DNA from: Octopus vulgaris | Lineage: Eukaryota | Direction of reading: 5' to 3' | Length of the DNA stretch: 64,000 bases | Assembly (NCBI GenBank): GCA_951406725.2 | Contig: OX597836.1 | Location: forward strand, 27,714,001 to 27,778,000 | Part shown: positions 39,291 through 52,619 of the stretch, piece by piece | Numbering within the stretch: the stretch's first letter is position 1 | Layout of the letters: every line of letters starts with the position of its first letter | The notes under the pieces: generated by a model | The model's database searches: none | Seen by the model: the letters and a program-made list of their open reading frames with translations, nothing else | What the model was told of the DNA's origin: nothing | Program-made: the position numbers and the translations under genes

Positions 39291-39568
39291 GTTTCGTGGT
39301 ATTTCTCGTTTGCTATTTTCAGATTTTTAATTTTCTTTTGAGGGAGATTTTGTTTAATAATTACATGATTAATTCTTGTTAATCTACGTATTTCAACTGA
39401 TAATTTTACATATATGAGACATGACAATATTAATCTTTAATATGCAGAAGTATTTTTCTTATGCCCATGGGCATATGGCGTAGTGGTTAAGAGCGCGGGC
39501 GACTAACTCCAAGATTCCGTGTTCGATTCCAGGCAGTGATCTGAATAATAATAATAATAATAATAATG

Positions 39569-39640
<72 letters not shown>

Positions 39641-39759
39641 TTTATCTAATGTTGTTTACTTCAGCTCAGGCTGTTGATGTTCCCTTCAGCCTACGTCGCA
39701 AAATTAGTATAGTGTTTAAGTTCACCGCATGACGTGTTCTAGATATATCCGGGATCCCG

Positions 39760-40095
39760 GGACCCCCTTCGGTCACGACACTGACCATGGGATTGCACCT
39801 AGAAAGTTACCCTCCTAGTCACAAGTCTGGGCATGGTTGTTTTATGGAAGACCAGCAGTCGCCCATGCATCCCGGCCTCCCCTCTCCACGCCACCAGTGT
39901 TATCCAAGGGAAAGGCAAAGAGGCCGATACAGCTTAGCAACTGTGACGTCGCAACTCATTTCTACAGCTGAGTGAACTGGAGCAACGTGAAATAAAGTGT
40001 CTTGCTCAAGAACACAACACGCAGCCCGGTCCGGGATTCGAGCTCACAACCTCACGATCGTAAGCTTGACGCTCTAACCACTGAGCCATGCGCCT
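39760..40095 (-). mobile_element. tRNA-derived SINE family D (CORE-like)
   Basis: Head GGCGCATGGCTCAGTGGTTAGAGCG..GCTCGAATCCC, then GTGTTCTTGAGCAAGACACTT. Relatives at ~3500-3755, 17460-17690, 44147-44390 and 47145-47300. Confidence 0.75.
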
Positions 40096-40171
40096 TATCT
40101 TATCGATAAATTAACAACGTGTGCACATTCTCACATTCTACAAACCAAATCTCCTTCAATCTCTTTTGCAG

Positions 40172-40240
40172 CAAACATCCATATGGAATGATGCCGAAGA
40201 TACGCACCGCTTTCTTCATATCGTTACAGCAGCCACCAAG
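40172..40240 (+). CDS. Calpain-like protein, CysPc exon D (catalytic-His region)
   Basis: Acceptor ctcttttgcAG, 69 nt, phase 0/0, donor AAG|GTAAGC. QTSIWNDAEDTHRFLHIVTAATK aligns to ..GHAYSVTGA.. via the VT anchor. Confidence 0.78.
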
Positions 40241-40433
40241 GTAAGCGAAATGTCTTTCCTTTAACAAAGAGAGGTGGGGGACGGGGGCAGGGAGATAGAG
40301 ACAGAGAGACAGACACAGAGAGAGACAGAGCATCTGAATCGTCACGAATCTTTTCCTTCTGTTTTCAAGCGTTAAACTAAAACACCATTTGTTAAAACCT
40401 GTTTCTCTCGTTTCGTCTTCTTTATGGGCTATG

Positions 40434-40483
<50 letters not shown>

Positions 40484-40847
40484 CGCGGAGTAGACGAAAC
40501 GAAGGCGACTGAAGAAGGGGAATTTTCCTTGTGTTGTATGTCTTGTACCCTGTTTTTTCCGTGTTTAAAAAGATGTCCAGTTCCATGGTTCTGTTTTTAA
40601 GTTTTCGTTTCTTATTGTGTTCAAGGTTTTTTTTTGTGTGTCCTGTACCTATATATGCATGTATACATACATATAGATGTAGGTACGTACATATATGTAT
40701 GCATATATGCATATGTTTTACTTATTTTGGGGTTATATATATATATATATATATATAGGGAGGGTTTACGAAAAAAACAAAAGACAAAGACAGGTGGTGT
40801 ACAAAACAAACAGATGTATTAGTATATCGCTCAGGAATAGAAAATGT

Positions 40848-40883
40848 ATTTTACGTTTCGAGCCTACGCTCTTCTACAGAAAG
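40848..40883 (-). ncRNA. Hammerhead-like motif (CUGUAGA core) in short element ~40757-40935
   Basis: Minus strand: CUUU-CUGUAGA-A-GAGC(GUAG)GCUC-GAAA-CG-UA-AAAU. Same family as 49685-49720. Confidence 0.55.
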
Positions 40884-41206
40884 GGACACAAAAAAAAAAC
40901 AAGGAGAGAAACAAGGAGAGAAAAAATATCCTCTCAGCTGGCAAAAATGAGTTGTACCTGTAATTCAAAAAGGGGCCAGTCTTGTCACATTCTACGTTAC
41001 GCTGAATCTCCCTGAGAACTACATTAAGGGCACGCGTGTCTGTGGAGGAGTGCTCAGTCACTTGCACGTTAATTTCACAAGCAGGCTGTTCCACGTTGAT
41101 CGGATCAACTGGAACCCTCGTTGTCGTAACTGACGAACCACCAGATTTGTATACATACATACGTACATACATACATACATACATACATTCATACATACAT
41201 ACATTC

Positions 41207-41408
<202 letters not shown>

Positions 41409-41816
41409 TTATAAATGAAAAAGCCTCTAGTATGTATGAGTATATGTATGTTTGTACGTGTGTGTATGCATTAACGTGTGGTGTGCGCATGTGCACTCAA
41501 GTATAATTGTTGAACACCAACAGATGCATGGCGCCTTGTGTCTAATAGTAAAATTACATGAGATATAACAAAAATACTCCGTTGCTATTTTAATCTGAAA
41601 ACCAATCAAATGCGAAACTGGCTAATTTCAGTTGTCTATATACAAAAGAAACTATTGTAATCCTCGTCGCCGCCGTCGTCATCGTCTTTGTTGTTGTTCT
41701 TCTTGTTCTTGTTGTTCTTGTTGTTGTTCTTACTGCCGTCATCATTCAGTTCAAACAGTCGATCCCTCTGTAACCTATGTATGCAATGCTATTACACTAG
41801 GCTGGGGCGCGAAATT

Positions 41817-42348
41817 TTTTTCCCACGAGAGTTCCGGACCCCAGCAATGAACTCATTTGCATAGTTCCAATCAGAGCATACCTTGATCTTGTTGTCAACT
41901 TAACAAACACACTCTACCAAGTAAACTCAAGACGAAGAATACTGTTGTGAGTCGACCGATCGCCAAGATATGCTTGATTTTAGGAGACAAGTAATTAGAT
42001 AGATTTGCATCTATACCTATTATCTGATTTTGTTAGGGCCCCATATGGTAAAGATGTGGATGGGGAAAATGTGGGTAGAGGGTGATGTGCTAGCAACCCT
42101 TTGCCATTACTGTTTTACAAAGTAAACAACAACACGAATAACTACGCAGAGGCAGCCATGGTTGAAACAAGAACAAGAACAACAAACATTATTAAAAGTG
42201 AAAAGAAGCATGGTCATTCCTTACCCAAGTGACCTTATCTTATTACCCATCACATGTTATGCACTCATACATTAGTTTGATAGTTGAACTCTGATTGGCT
42301 GTATGCAAATGAGTTCATAACTGGAGTCCGGAACTCTCGTGGGAAAAA
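41817..42348. mobile_element. Element with ~60-bp inverted repeats containing octamer and CCAAT motifs
   Basis: TTTTTCCCACGAGAGTTCCGGAC..GAACTCATTTGCATA..CCAATCAGAG (41817-41876) versus the reverse complement at 42289-42348. Confidence 0.65.
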
Positions 42349-42494
42349 GCCATGAAGAATTTGTACCGGAATTTTTATAGTTTTGATTTTTTTAAACATT
42401 TTTAAAAAAAATTGTCTGATAATACAGACATAGATTTTCCCAAATGCATCAATAAATTAACATTGATATTCTTTTCACCGTTGTTACAATCATC

Positions 42495-43575
42495 TGAAAT
42501 GCAACTGTCAAAGCGCGATATTCGAGCAAAAAAAAAGGACGTAAAACAGCTGAAACTGCTCCGATATCAACGAAATGTTTGGTGAGAAAATGACCTATGA
42601 GTGGTACACTCGAAAATGGTTTAGACCATTTGGCAGTGGAGACCTGAGCCTTGAAGATCGTGAGCGAAGTGGACGCCCATTTGTCATCGATGACAGTCAA
42701 TTAAAGACTGTTATTGAGAAATATCCACGTAAAACCACTCGAAAACTGGCAAAAAGACTTCAAGTTAGCCAAAAAACTACCTGCAACTACTTGCATGCTA
42801 TCAGAAAATCAAAAACGCTCGACAAATGGGTACCACTCGATTTGAATGAAAATCAGAAAATGCGCAAACATGAAATTTCCTCGTCGCATCCTTTCTGGTT
42901 CATTTCTGAGCTGTGCTGTAACTTGCAAGGAAAAGTGGATTCTGTACTATGATAAAAAAAAAACGTTCTTCGCAGTGGTTGGATCAAAATGAAGCACCGA
43001 GAACTTTCCCTAAATCCGAACCTTTCAAAAGGGAGGTTATGGTGACTATTTGGTGGTGTACTACAGGACTCATCCACTATAACTTCTTAAAACCCGGAAA
43101 AATCATTACTGCAGAAACATATTGCCATTAAATTTCCAAAATGACCGAAAAACTGTTACTCCCCCGTCCCAGACTAGTCAACAGAAGTAGGCCAATCATT
43201 CTTCGTGACAATGCTCGACAACACGTTTCCCTAATGACGCTCCAGATGTTGAGGGAACTTAGCTACGAAGTTCTTCCCCACCCAGCTTATTCCGCAGACC
43301 TTTCTCCTGCCGACTACCACTTTTTCAAGCACTTCGATGGTTTCCTGCTAGAGAAGGAATTCAAAAGTCAAACCGATGCTGAAAGTGCGCTCAAAGAGTT
43401 CATCAGCTCCAGAACTCTAGATTTTTATGTTACCGGAATAAGCAAACTTGTAACTCGTTGGCAAACATATGTTGATTGTAATGGTACTTACCTTAACAAA
43501 TGAATTTATTGTTGAAATATATTGTGATGAATTTCATGTTTCAATACGTTGCTTACTTTTTACTCATCCTGATTT
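42495..43575 (+). mobile_element. Mariner (DD34D) transposon, transposase broken by frameshifts and stops
   Basis: Pieces 42575-42952, 42949-43131 and 43141-43503 give RSGRP, KWVPLDL (WVPHEL), VMVTIWW, DNARQH, HPAYSADLSPADYHFF (YSPDLAP.D) and RWQTYVDCNGTY. Confidence 0.92.
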
Positions 43576-44596
43576 TAAAAAAAGGCATCGTTATTGTTGT
43601 TGTTGTTGTTGTTTTGTGATTATAGTGTCCCAAAGATTACATCATTGAATTTTAAAAGAACAGGGTGTGATTTGTGGATTATTTGATTGTTATTTTTAGC
43701 GGGTAAATCGCCTACACAGACGCAGCGAGGAATTAAACCTCATGGAACTCCGTTGCTTCCTTGTTAGCTCTGGTTATTATTCCATTACACACTGGCGGAG
43801 ACTATCGAAGAAAATGCTTTGCAGTATTCGAGTTACGTCTTTTTAATGTTGTCAATTCAAGTTCCGTCGGGCTTCACGACGTACTGAATAAACTCAGCAG
43901 TGAAAGTGCAAAGGTGCGGTAAGCTGACAGAATCGTTACCGCGTCGGGCAAAATACTTAGCAGCATTTCGTCTGTCTCTACGTTTTGCGTTCAAATACCG
44001 TCAAGGTCGACTTTGCCTTTCATCCTTCCTTCTGGGGTCAATCAAATAAGTACCAGCTGAACACTGGGTTCGATGTAATAGATTTATCCACCCCACCCCT
44101 TTGAAATTGCGGGCCTTCTGTCGAAATTTGAAATCGATATTAGGGAAGGTGCGTGGCGTAATGGTTAGGATGTTACGATCGCAAGATTATGATTTCGATT
44201 CCCGGACAGGGTGATGCGTTATGTTCTTGAGCAAAACAGTTCATTTTAGCTTTGCTTCAGTTCATTCAGCAACAATTAATTGAACCTGTGGCGGACTGGC
44301 GTCCAGTCCAGGGGAAACATTATGCTTTCAGTCACTTATTGTGGAAAACGGGTAATCAAGACCGATGAGTCGTGGGACTCGAGTCAGTAACATCCAGGAG
44401 TCAATGGTTTTGGTGATGTTAGACGTCAACGTCATACGATGTCAAAAGTGACAGAGCAGTTAAATCGTCGGTTTGAAATCCAGTCACAATACAAGGTGCG
44501 GATCTGTACACTTTGAGTTCAAATCCCACTTGTGAGCTACTTTATTTTTAATTCTTCCGGGGTCTATAAATAAAGTAAAATCCATATGCTGAAAAG

Positions 44597-44674
<78 letters not shown>

Positions 44675-44911
44675 CTCTCCTTCTGTCTCCGAGTTAGTTA
44701 AACGAATAATCCCATAAAAGAAAGTTCACTCGGCGGCGCCACCAATCCTTTTCCGAGCATTGTCTCCGTAGACATACCATATCTTTTCTTTAATAGGTAA
44801 TTTTCCCTCAGACATTTTATTAATTTCTGTTACAAATTGCTCCTTTCCCTTTATTTCTCAGAGATCTATGAATCTATCCATATATTAATACTTCCATCAC
44901 AACCACCTTTC

Positions 44912-44949
<38 letters not shown>

Positions 44950-45214
44950 TGGGGTTTATACATACACACACATTTGTTGTATATACACATTTTCCCGCTA
45001 CACTAGGTTATTATATTTTAAATGTATCTCATTTTCTGATAGTATCGTCTCTACCACACGCATGCACCATATGCACACACACACACACAAGTACATACAC
45101 GCACATTCTCTCACACGCAAACACAAAAACACACTAACACCCACAGGTATATTAATTAGCTACCAGATTGTTAGACATTTCAAACATATGTAGAAAACAG
45201 CTTTCATCTTTCAA

Positions 45215-45284
<70 letters not shown>

Positions 45285-45454
45285 TTTATATTTATATATA
45301 TATATATATACATACATACATTATATATATATATTTATATTTATATATATATATATATATAGACATGTATTTATGTATATATACATATATATATATATTT
45401 ATATTTATGTATATGTATGTAGGGTATGTGTCTATACATATATGTATGTGTGTT

Positions 45455-45547
<93 letters not shown>

Positions 45548-47619
45548 TATGTACAGAGTGAGAAAGAGAAAGTGATTCCTCAAGCCTCCTCATTGTGCAT
45601 TTGGGGCCAATAGTCTGCGAGGCACCAGTCTGCAACAGACAGAACTCGTTTTTAGTTAAGTAGACAGAAACAAACATAAAGCGAAGCGTCTAACCCAACA
45701 CCAGAGCGCACCACCTACCATTTAGGCTACAGTTCTTCACACACACACACACATACACACATACACCACTCATACATATACGTGCAAATAATTATATAAT
45801 GTGTGATAAGAAGCCTTCTTGCCAACCACATGGTTCTGGATTCAATCCCATTGCATGACACCTCGTTAATTTAAGTCAAATAAGTAAGATAGGTCATATG
45901 TTTGGCGATTTCTGGTCTAATTCGAGATATTTAGAGTCTAATATTATTCCTGCCTCTTCATTCAGCTTTCTTTTCTAAAAAGTGCTCAGGGGAATTTCGT
46001 TCATCTTTTTGCTTTGAGTTCAAATTTCGCTGAGGTTGACTTTGTATTTCATCCTTTCAAAGTCGATAAGATAAGTACCAGTCAGTTATTGGAGGCAAAT
46101 GTAATCGACTTAACTCCCCACCCCCACCCCTCAAACATTCTGGCCTTGTGCCAAAATTAGGAACCATTATTTTTATGTTAGCATAAGGCAGCGAGCTAGC
46201 AGAATCGTTGTCATGCCGGGCAAAATGGTTAACGACATTTCGTCCGTCGTTACGTTCTGAGTTCAAATTCCGCCGAGATCGACTTTGCATTTCATCCTTT
46301 CGGGGTCGATAAAATAAGTACCAATCAAGTGCCCCTCCTCTCAAAAATTGATGGCCCAGTGCCTATAATAGAAAGGATTATTTTACGTTAGGTTAAGATG
46401 GCCAAAGTGGCCGAATCGTTGCTGTGCCGGACAAAATGCTTAGTGGCATTCCTTCCAACTCAATATGTTCTAAGTTCAAATATATCGCGGTCATCTTTGC
46501 CATTCATCCCCTCAGGGTCAATAAAATAAGTACTATTGTCGCACTTGGGTCGACGTTACTGATTCACCCCCTCCCCCAAAATTGCAGGCCATGTGCCAAT
46601 CTTTGAAAGTATTCTTTTATGCTTGTTTCCATTAATCTCTGTTTACACTATTCTCTAAAACACCAGTCTTGATAAGAGTCTTGGTAAGCTTTCAGCAGTT
46701 GTTATTGAACTTCTGATTTATTTTATCACTACTACAGCTTTCTCAAGTACTTCACCTTCTCCTATAAGACTTTTAAGCTCTCATCTCACTTACTACAAAT
46801 AGGAGACATCTTAAAATCACTCATATCACTTTAATAAATCATATTGGACGATATTGTCCAAGATGTTGTGTCTGAAATCAAAATGGAATGATGCTACTTC
46901 AATACGTATGATTAGTAGTCAAAAATGGTGACTCTTACAGTATTTTATATCAAACAATTCGTCTTTCCTCTTTCATTTCTGTTTTTCCTTCCATCGAAAT
47001 ATACTGGAATGTTGTGTGTAATATATTTTCAATTTTCGACAACGATATGTTTTGGTCATTAAAGTGACTCCTTTTCTTCATGGTTTGATGGGGCTGAGAT
47101 AACACTTTCTTTAAGTAAATGATTTCAGGGCAAAAGCTGTTGACAGGGCGACGCGTTGTGTTCTTGAGCAAACACTTCATTTCACGTTGCTCCAGTCCAC
47201 TCAGCTGGCAAAAATGAGTAACGCTGCGATGGACTGGTGTCCCGTCCAGCTGGGGAACACATACGCCCATGAACCTGGCTAGGCATTAAAAGGGCGCATT
47301 TATTTATTATTTAAATTGATGTTGCATTCCCTTCAAGTAAATGCTGAGAGAATGTCAGATGCTGAGCTGAGCTAAGCAAGCAAAATGGCTGGGATTGATC
47401 TCAGTCGCAGTAAAAAAATTTCTAGTCTTAAAAGAGTTAAGTACAAACCCCCTCACAAACAAGAAACAAAGGAAAACATTGCGGAGATGTACTTGCATAG
47501 CAAGTGATTTGATCTGAGATCGTGTGCTGAAACGAAAACAATTGCAGCGTGGAAGGTGTTTATAAGCCATTTAAGAAACACACAAAAGCCGTTCGATTCA
47601 CTTCAACATTTAAGTTTAA

Positions 47620-47670
47620 TTTGTCAAAATACTTTCGTCGCTTTAAGACCGCGACCTGTTCACTGACAAA
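47620..47670 (-). ncRNA. Second hammerhead-like motif with G3:C8 core
   Basis: Minus strand: UUUGUCA-GUGAACA-G-GUCGC(GGUCUUAAA)GCGAC-GAAA-GUAU-UU-UGACAAA. Confidence 0.7.
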
Positions 47671-48254
47671 ATCCGTGCTGCATTTCGTGCTGCATCCGTG
47701 CTGCATCCGTGCTGCATCTCAAAAGAAAAAAACAATTACAGCCACAGGAATACAACTGAACCAAACTAGCTAAGACCGAAACATCAAAATACACACCACG
47801 TCACCACATCAACGGCGAAATCCCAGGAAACACGTGATGAAGAAGGCCAATCGCCATGGTATGAACTATGGATACAAAAGTAACAAAGCGACAAGAATTT
47901 TATCTGAAAAATAATCCATTTAGCTTAACTAATCTTATTTATCTTAAAAGGTAATCCACTCATAAATTTAGTTTTAAGAGTTTGTAAATGAAGAGAAAAC
48001 AAAAGGTCAACAACTCACAACTGTTAAATTAACTGGAATAAAATAGTTTTCTGACATAATACTAATTAGAAATAGTTTTCAATGACTTCATTTGACATTG
48101 TTACCATTTCTGACAAGAGCACTTCAAGTTTGAGCCACTTACTGCATGCAACAGAAGCCGCTATGCCGTTACCTAACCTACTAGAAAGAGTAGACAATTT
48201 TCCTCTTAAACCATACCGTAACGTCTTGGAAAATGAGCGCACTGGATAATGTGG

Positions 48255-48313
<59 letters not shown>

Positions 48314-48347
48314 TATATACATGTATATATATGTATATATATATGTG

Positions 48348-48417
<70 letters not shown>

Positions 48418-48875
48418 TGTATGTATGTATATGTATATGTATATATATATGTATATATATATATATATATATATGTATCATATATGTATTATATATGTAT
48501 CATATATGTATCATTCGCGGGGACATAGAAATAATCGAACTGAATACCCGATCGCGCGGTTAAACTATTGCGAGTGAAGGACTCCTAGCCTTTGTTAGGG
48601 CATCCTTCCAGGAGAAGGTAACTCAAGTAACTGGGATAACTCCGATATAAAACCTGCGGCTCTGTGGTTACCGATGATGTTTACTTGTTCTTCTTTTCGG
48701 ATTATGGCTGCTGTTGCTTAGTGAGTGGGATTGACGCAGTGCGCAGCCTTTCCTCACTTTAAAAAGAAATCTTCTTACACAGGCATTGCACGATAACACA
48801 TTGATTATATGTGTATATATATATATATATATATAAAAACTCTTAAAACTATATATATATATATATATATATATA

Positions 48876-49250
48876 GTAGCTTCCTTACCAACCACACGGT
48901 TCCGAGTTTAGTCCCACTGCGTGGCACCTTGCGCAAGTGCCTTCTACTACACCCTCGGGCCGACCAAAGCCTTGTGAGTGGATTTGATAGACGGAAACTG
49001 AAAGAAGCCTGTCGTATATATATGTGTATGTGTATGTGTGTTTGTGTTCCTGTTTGTCCCCCATCATTGCTTGACAACCGATGTTGGTGTGTTTACGTCC
49101 CCGTAACTTAGCAGTTCGGCAAAAGAGACCGACATAATAAGTACTACGCTTACAAATATTAAGTCTCGGTGTTGAAGTGTTCGACTAAAGACAGTGCTCC
49201 AGCATGGCCGTAGTCAAATGGCTGAAACAAATAAAAGAAAAAGAATAAAA
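48876..49250 (+). mobile_element. SINE family A, 5'-clipped
   Basis: Body and tail as in 9804-10263. Confidence 0.8.
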
Positions 49251-49406
49251 GACTATTTCGTTTTTGGATTTAGTTTGCAAGATTCTTTATGTGAGTTCGT
49301 GTGTTGAAGCATATTCTGTTGTGTCTGGGGAGAGTCATTCTCTTTCGGTGCCTTATAATTTAACACACTCAGCGGTAAAATTTCCACTTATCTCTTTTCT
49401 ATTTTT

Positions 49407-49443
49407 CTAAAATTTTCGTTGCGTCTTGCAACCTCTTCAATAG
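49407..49443 (-). ncRNA. Minimal hammerhead-like motif with U3 core
   Basis: Minus strand: CUA-UUGAAGA-G-GUUGC(AAGAC)GCAAC-GAAA-AU-UU-UAG. Confidence 0.55.
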
Positions 49444-49684
49444 TTTTGACCCAGCATGGGAGCAGTCAAACGACAGAAACAAGTAACAGAATAAAAGATA
49501 GCAATAATGCGTATTCCATGTCTAGTGTGTATGTATTTTGCTTGTAAGCATAAACGTGGCAGACTGACATATCTGGAATACTTTTGCTATATATATATAT
49601 ATATATATAGTCGCCATGATAGATCGTTAGCCACTACACACATTTTCTCTCCTTGTTTCTCTCCTTGTTTTTTTTTCTGTGCCC

Positions 49685-49720
49685 CTTTCTGTAGAAGAGC
49701 GTAGGCTCGAAACGTAAAAG
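49685..49720 (+). ncRNA. Minimal hammerhead-like motif (CUGUAGA core) in short element ~49610-49810
   Basis: CUUU-CUGUAGA-A-GAGC(GUAG)GCUC-GAAA-CG-UA-AAAG. Confidence 0.6.
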
Positions 49721-49806
49721 ACTTTTTCTATTCCTGAACGTTATACTAATACATCTGTTTGTTTTGTACACCACCTGTCTCCGTCTTTTGTTTTTTCGTA
49801 AACTCT

Positions 49807-49859
<53 letters not shown>

Positions 49860-50499
49860 ATGTGTGTGTGTGTGTGTGCATGTGTATGTGTGTATATGTA
49901 CTTATGTGTATGTATATATATATATATATATATATATGCAAATAATGCGTATGGGTTTAAGTACATAAGTATGTTGGCCTATATAATAGTGCATATAGAC
50001 ACGTATGTGTACGTGTGTGTGCTCGTGCTTTTATCAATATACTTTTTCTTTCTCTCTCTGATTCCCAAGCCTCCACTATCACTTTAGCCAGTACAATAAA
50101 TACCTTCGTCTGTTTTTAAAAATTTGGCCATCATATATTATTTTTCTTAATTTCCTTTTTGAGGTTTACTTCTCACTTAATAACCCACCCCCAATGCCTG
50201 TACAATTTTCTATACTCATCCATCCACCTTTATTGCCTTTCAAACATATCACCCCACCTCCCACTCCCCCCCACTTATTCCTTACATTCTTATCTGTTGC
50301 TATCCTTCCCCTGATCCTCTCCCATCCCACTCATAATATCTTGACGACCAACTAACACTCTTTTTTTTCATTTTCTCTTCCTCTTTCTTTCTTCTTTCCT
50401 CACCTATTCCTTTTGACCATTCTCCTCATTTTAACATACACATCTTTTTCTCCGCTTTCTTTTCTCTCCTTTTCGCTTTTCTCTCCTCTCTATCTACTT

Positions 50500-50890
50500 A
50501 ATACTACCACTACATTCGCAAAATTTCATTCACACCACAAGACCCCTCTGAATGAACAGCACATGGAATCTATGTCTCCACACTTTCCATTTGTAATGAC
50601 AAAATATGAACTCCTATCGGAATTTACATACCATGGACATGAAGCATTTCTACCACTCCTACACAACAATTTCCTTGAATAATAGAACTGCAACTACAAC
50701 ATCCTACATGTATTTTTATTTCTATTCTCTTATTTCCCTTTATACTTCCTATATCCATCCTTTTCCAAAATAACTTCTTATATTGAACTCGCCTGTGGTG
50801 AAGGGATATCTCTAATATCCCAGAAATAGCTGTAAGACTAACTTTCTTTTTATAAATGTCCTAAAAATTCCACACAGCCTCATTTTACTT
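50500..50890 (+). mobile_element. Probable Penelope-like 3' end with a decayed hammerhead (50791-50838)
   Basis: ..HYIRK/FHSHHKTPLNEQH.. resembles the PLE terminal P.LN.Q motif, followed by GCCU-GUGGUGA-A-GGGAUAU(CUCUA)AUAUCCC-A-GAAA-UAGCUG-UA-AGAC. Confidence 0.5.
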
Positions 50891-50898
50891 AACACACA

Positions 50899-50995
<97 letters not shown>

Positions 50996-51029
50996 CATTA
51001 TATATATACATACATATATATACATATAC

Positions 51030-51066
<37 letters not shown>

Positions 51067-51110
51067 CACACACTATATATACATATATACATATATGTAC
51101 ATTATCTCTG

Positions 51111-51182
<72 letters not shown>

Positions 51183-51223
51183 CATATATATTTATATGTG
51201 TATATATATATATACATATATAC

Positions 51224-51640
<417 letters not shown>

Positions 51641-52085
51641 AAGTGTGTGTGTGTATGTGTGTATACATGCATATATCTACACCTATGCCTCTATATCTAT
51701 CTAGCTAGCTGTCATTTCTCTCTCCCCCTCTCTCTATATACATACATGCATACATACATACATACATACATACATACATGCATGCATACATACATGCATA
51801 CATACATACATACATCATACATACATACATACATACATACATACATACATACATACATACATACATGCATACATACATGCATACATACATACATACATAC
51901 ATACATGCATACATACATGCATACATACATACATACATACATACATGCATGCATACATACATACATACATACATGCATACATACATACATACATGCATAC
52001 ATACATGCATACATACATACATACATACATGCATACACACATACATACATACATACATACATGCATACATACATACATACATACA

Positions 52086-52118
<33 letters not shown>

Positions 52119-52236
52119 GCGTACATAAATCCATGTGTGTGTCTGTGTGTGTGTAGTTTTCCATTTTTATGTAGGTTTTATGATGTAGTGTCTTTGTTCT
52201 TTAATACAAGGAATCAATGTGTTTTTTCGTATCTAG

Positions 52237-52328
52237 TTCCAGACAACAGACGGTCGTATGCTGGAAATGGTTCGATTGAAATGTCCTTATCCTGCGGAAC
52301 CGAAATGGTGCGGTCGATTCTCAGACAG
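52237..52328 (+). CDS. Calpain-like protein, CysPc exon E (catalytic-Asn region; Asn replaced by Cys)
   Basis: Acceptor ttttttcgtatctAG, phase 0. FQTTDGRMLEMVRLKCPYPAEPKWCGRFSD aligns to LIR.RNPWG..EW.G.WSD. Donor AG|GTAACT, phase 2. Confidence 0.88.
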
Positions 52329-52619
52329 GTAACTCGTAAATTCTTTACTTTTTCTCAAAATTAAACTCTTCAAAGCGCCACATCAGACATTAATTTGTTT
52401 GAAAGTATATTTATTGTTTATTAGAAAGATGTCCAGCGAAGGGACAAGCCCACAGAAATTGTGGCGGGCGGTAACCGATTACTTATCTATTCTTGTTATA
52501 CTAATTTTGTTATACTAATTTATCTATTTATCTATTTTTGTTATACTAATTTATCTAATTTATCTATTTTTGTTATACTAATTTTCTTTGTCGATTCTGG
52601 AAGTAGACTTATTGATATT

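Noticed and set aside
40509-40530. CTGAAGA followed by a hairpin as another hammerhead
   Set aside because: No GAAA or UH follows stem II, so the topology is incomplete.
42575-43503. Active mariner transposase or SETMAR-like host gene
   Set aside because: Split by frameshifts and stops, with no SET domain and no clear 5' TIR.
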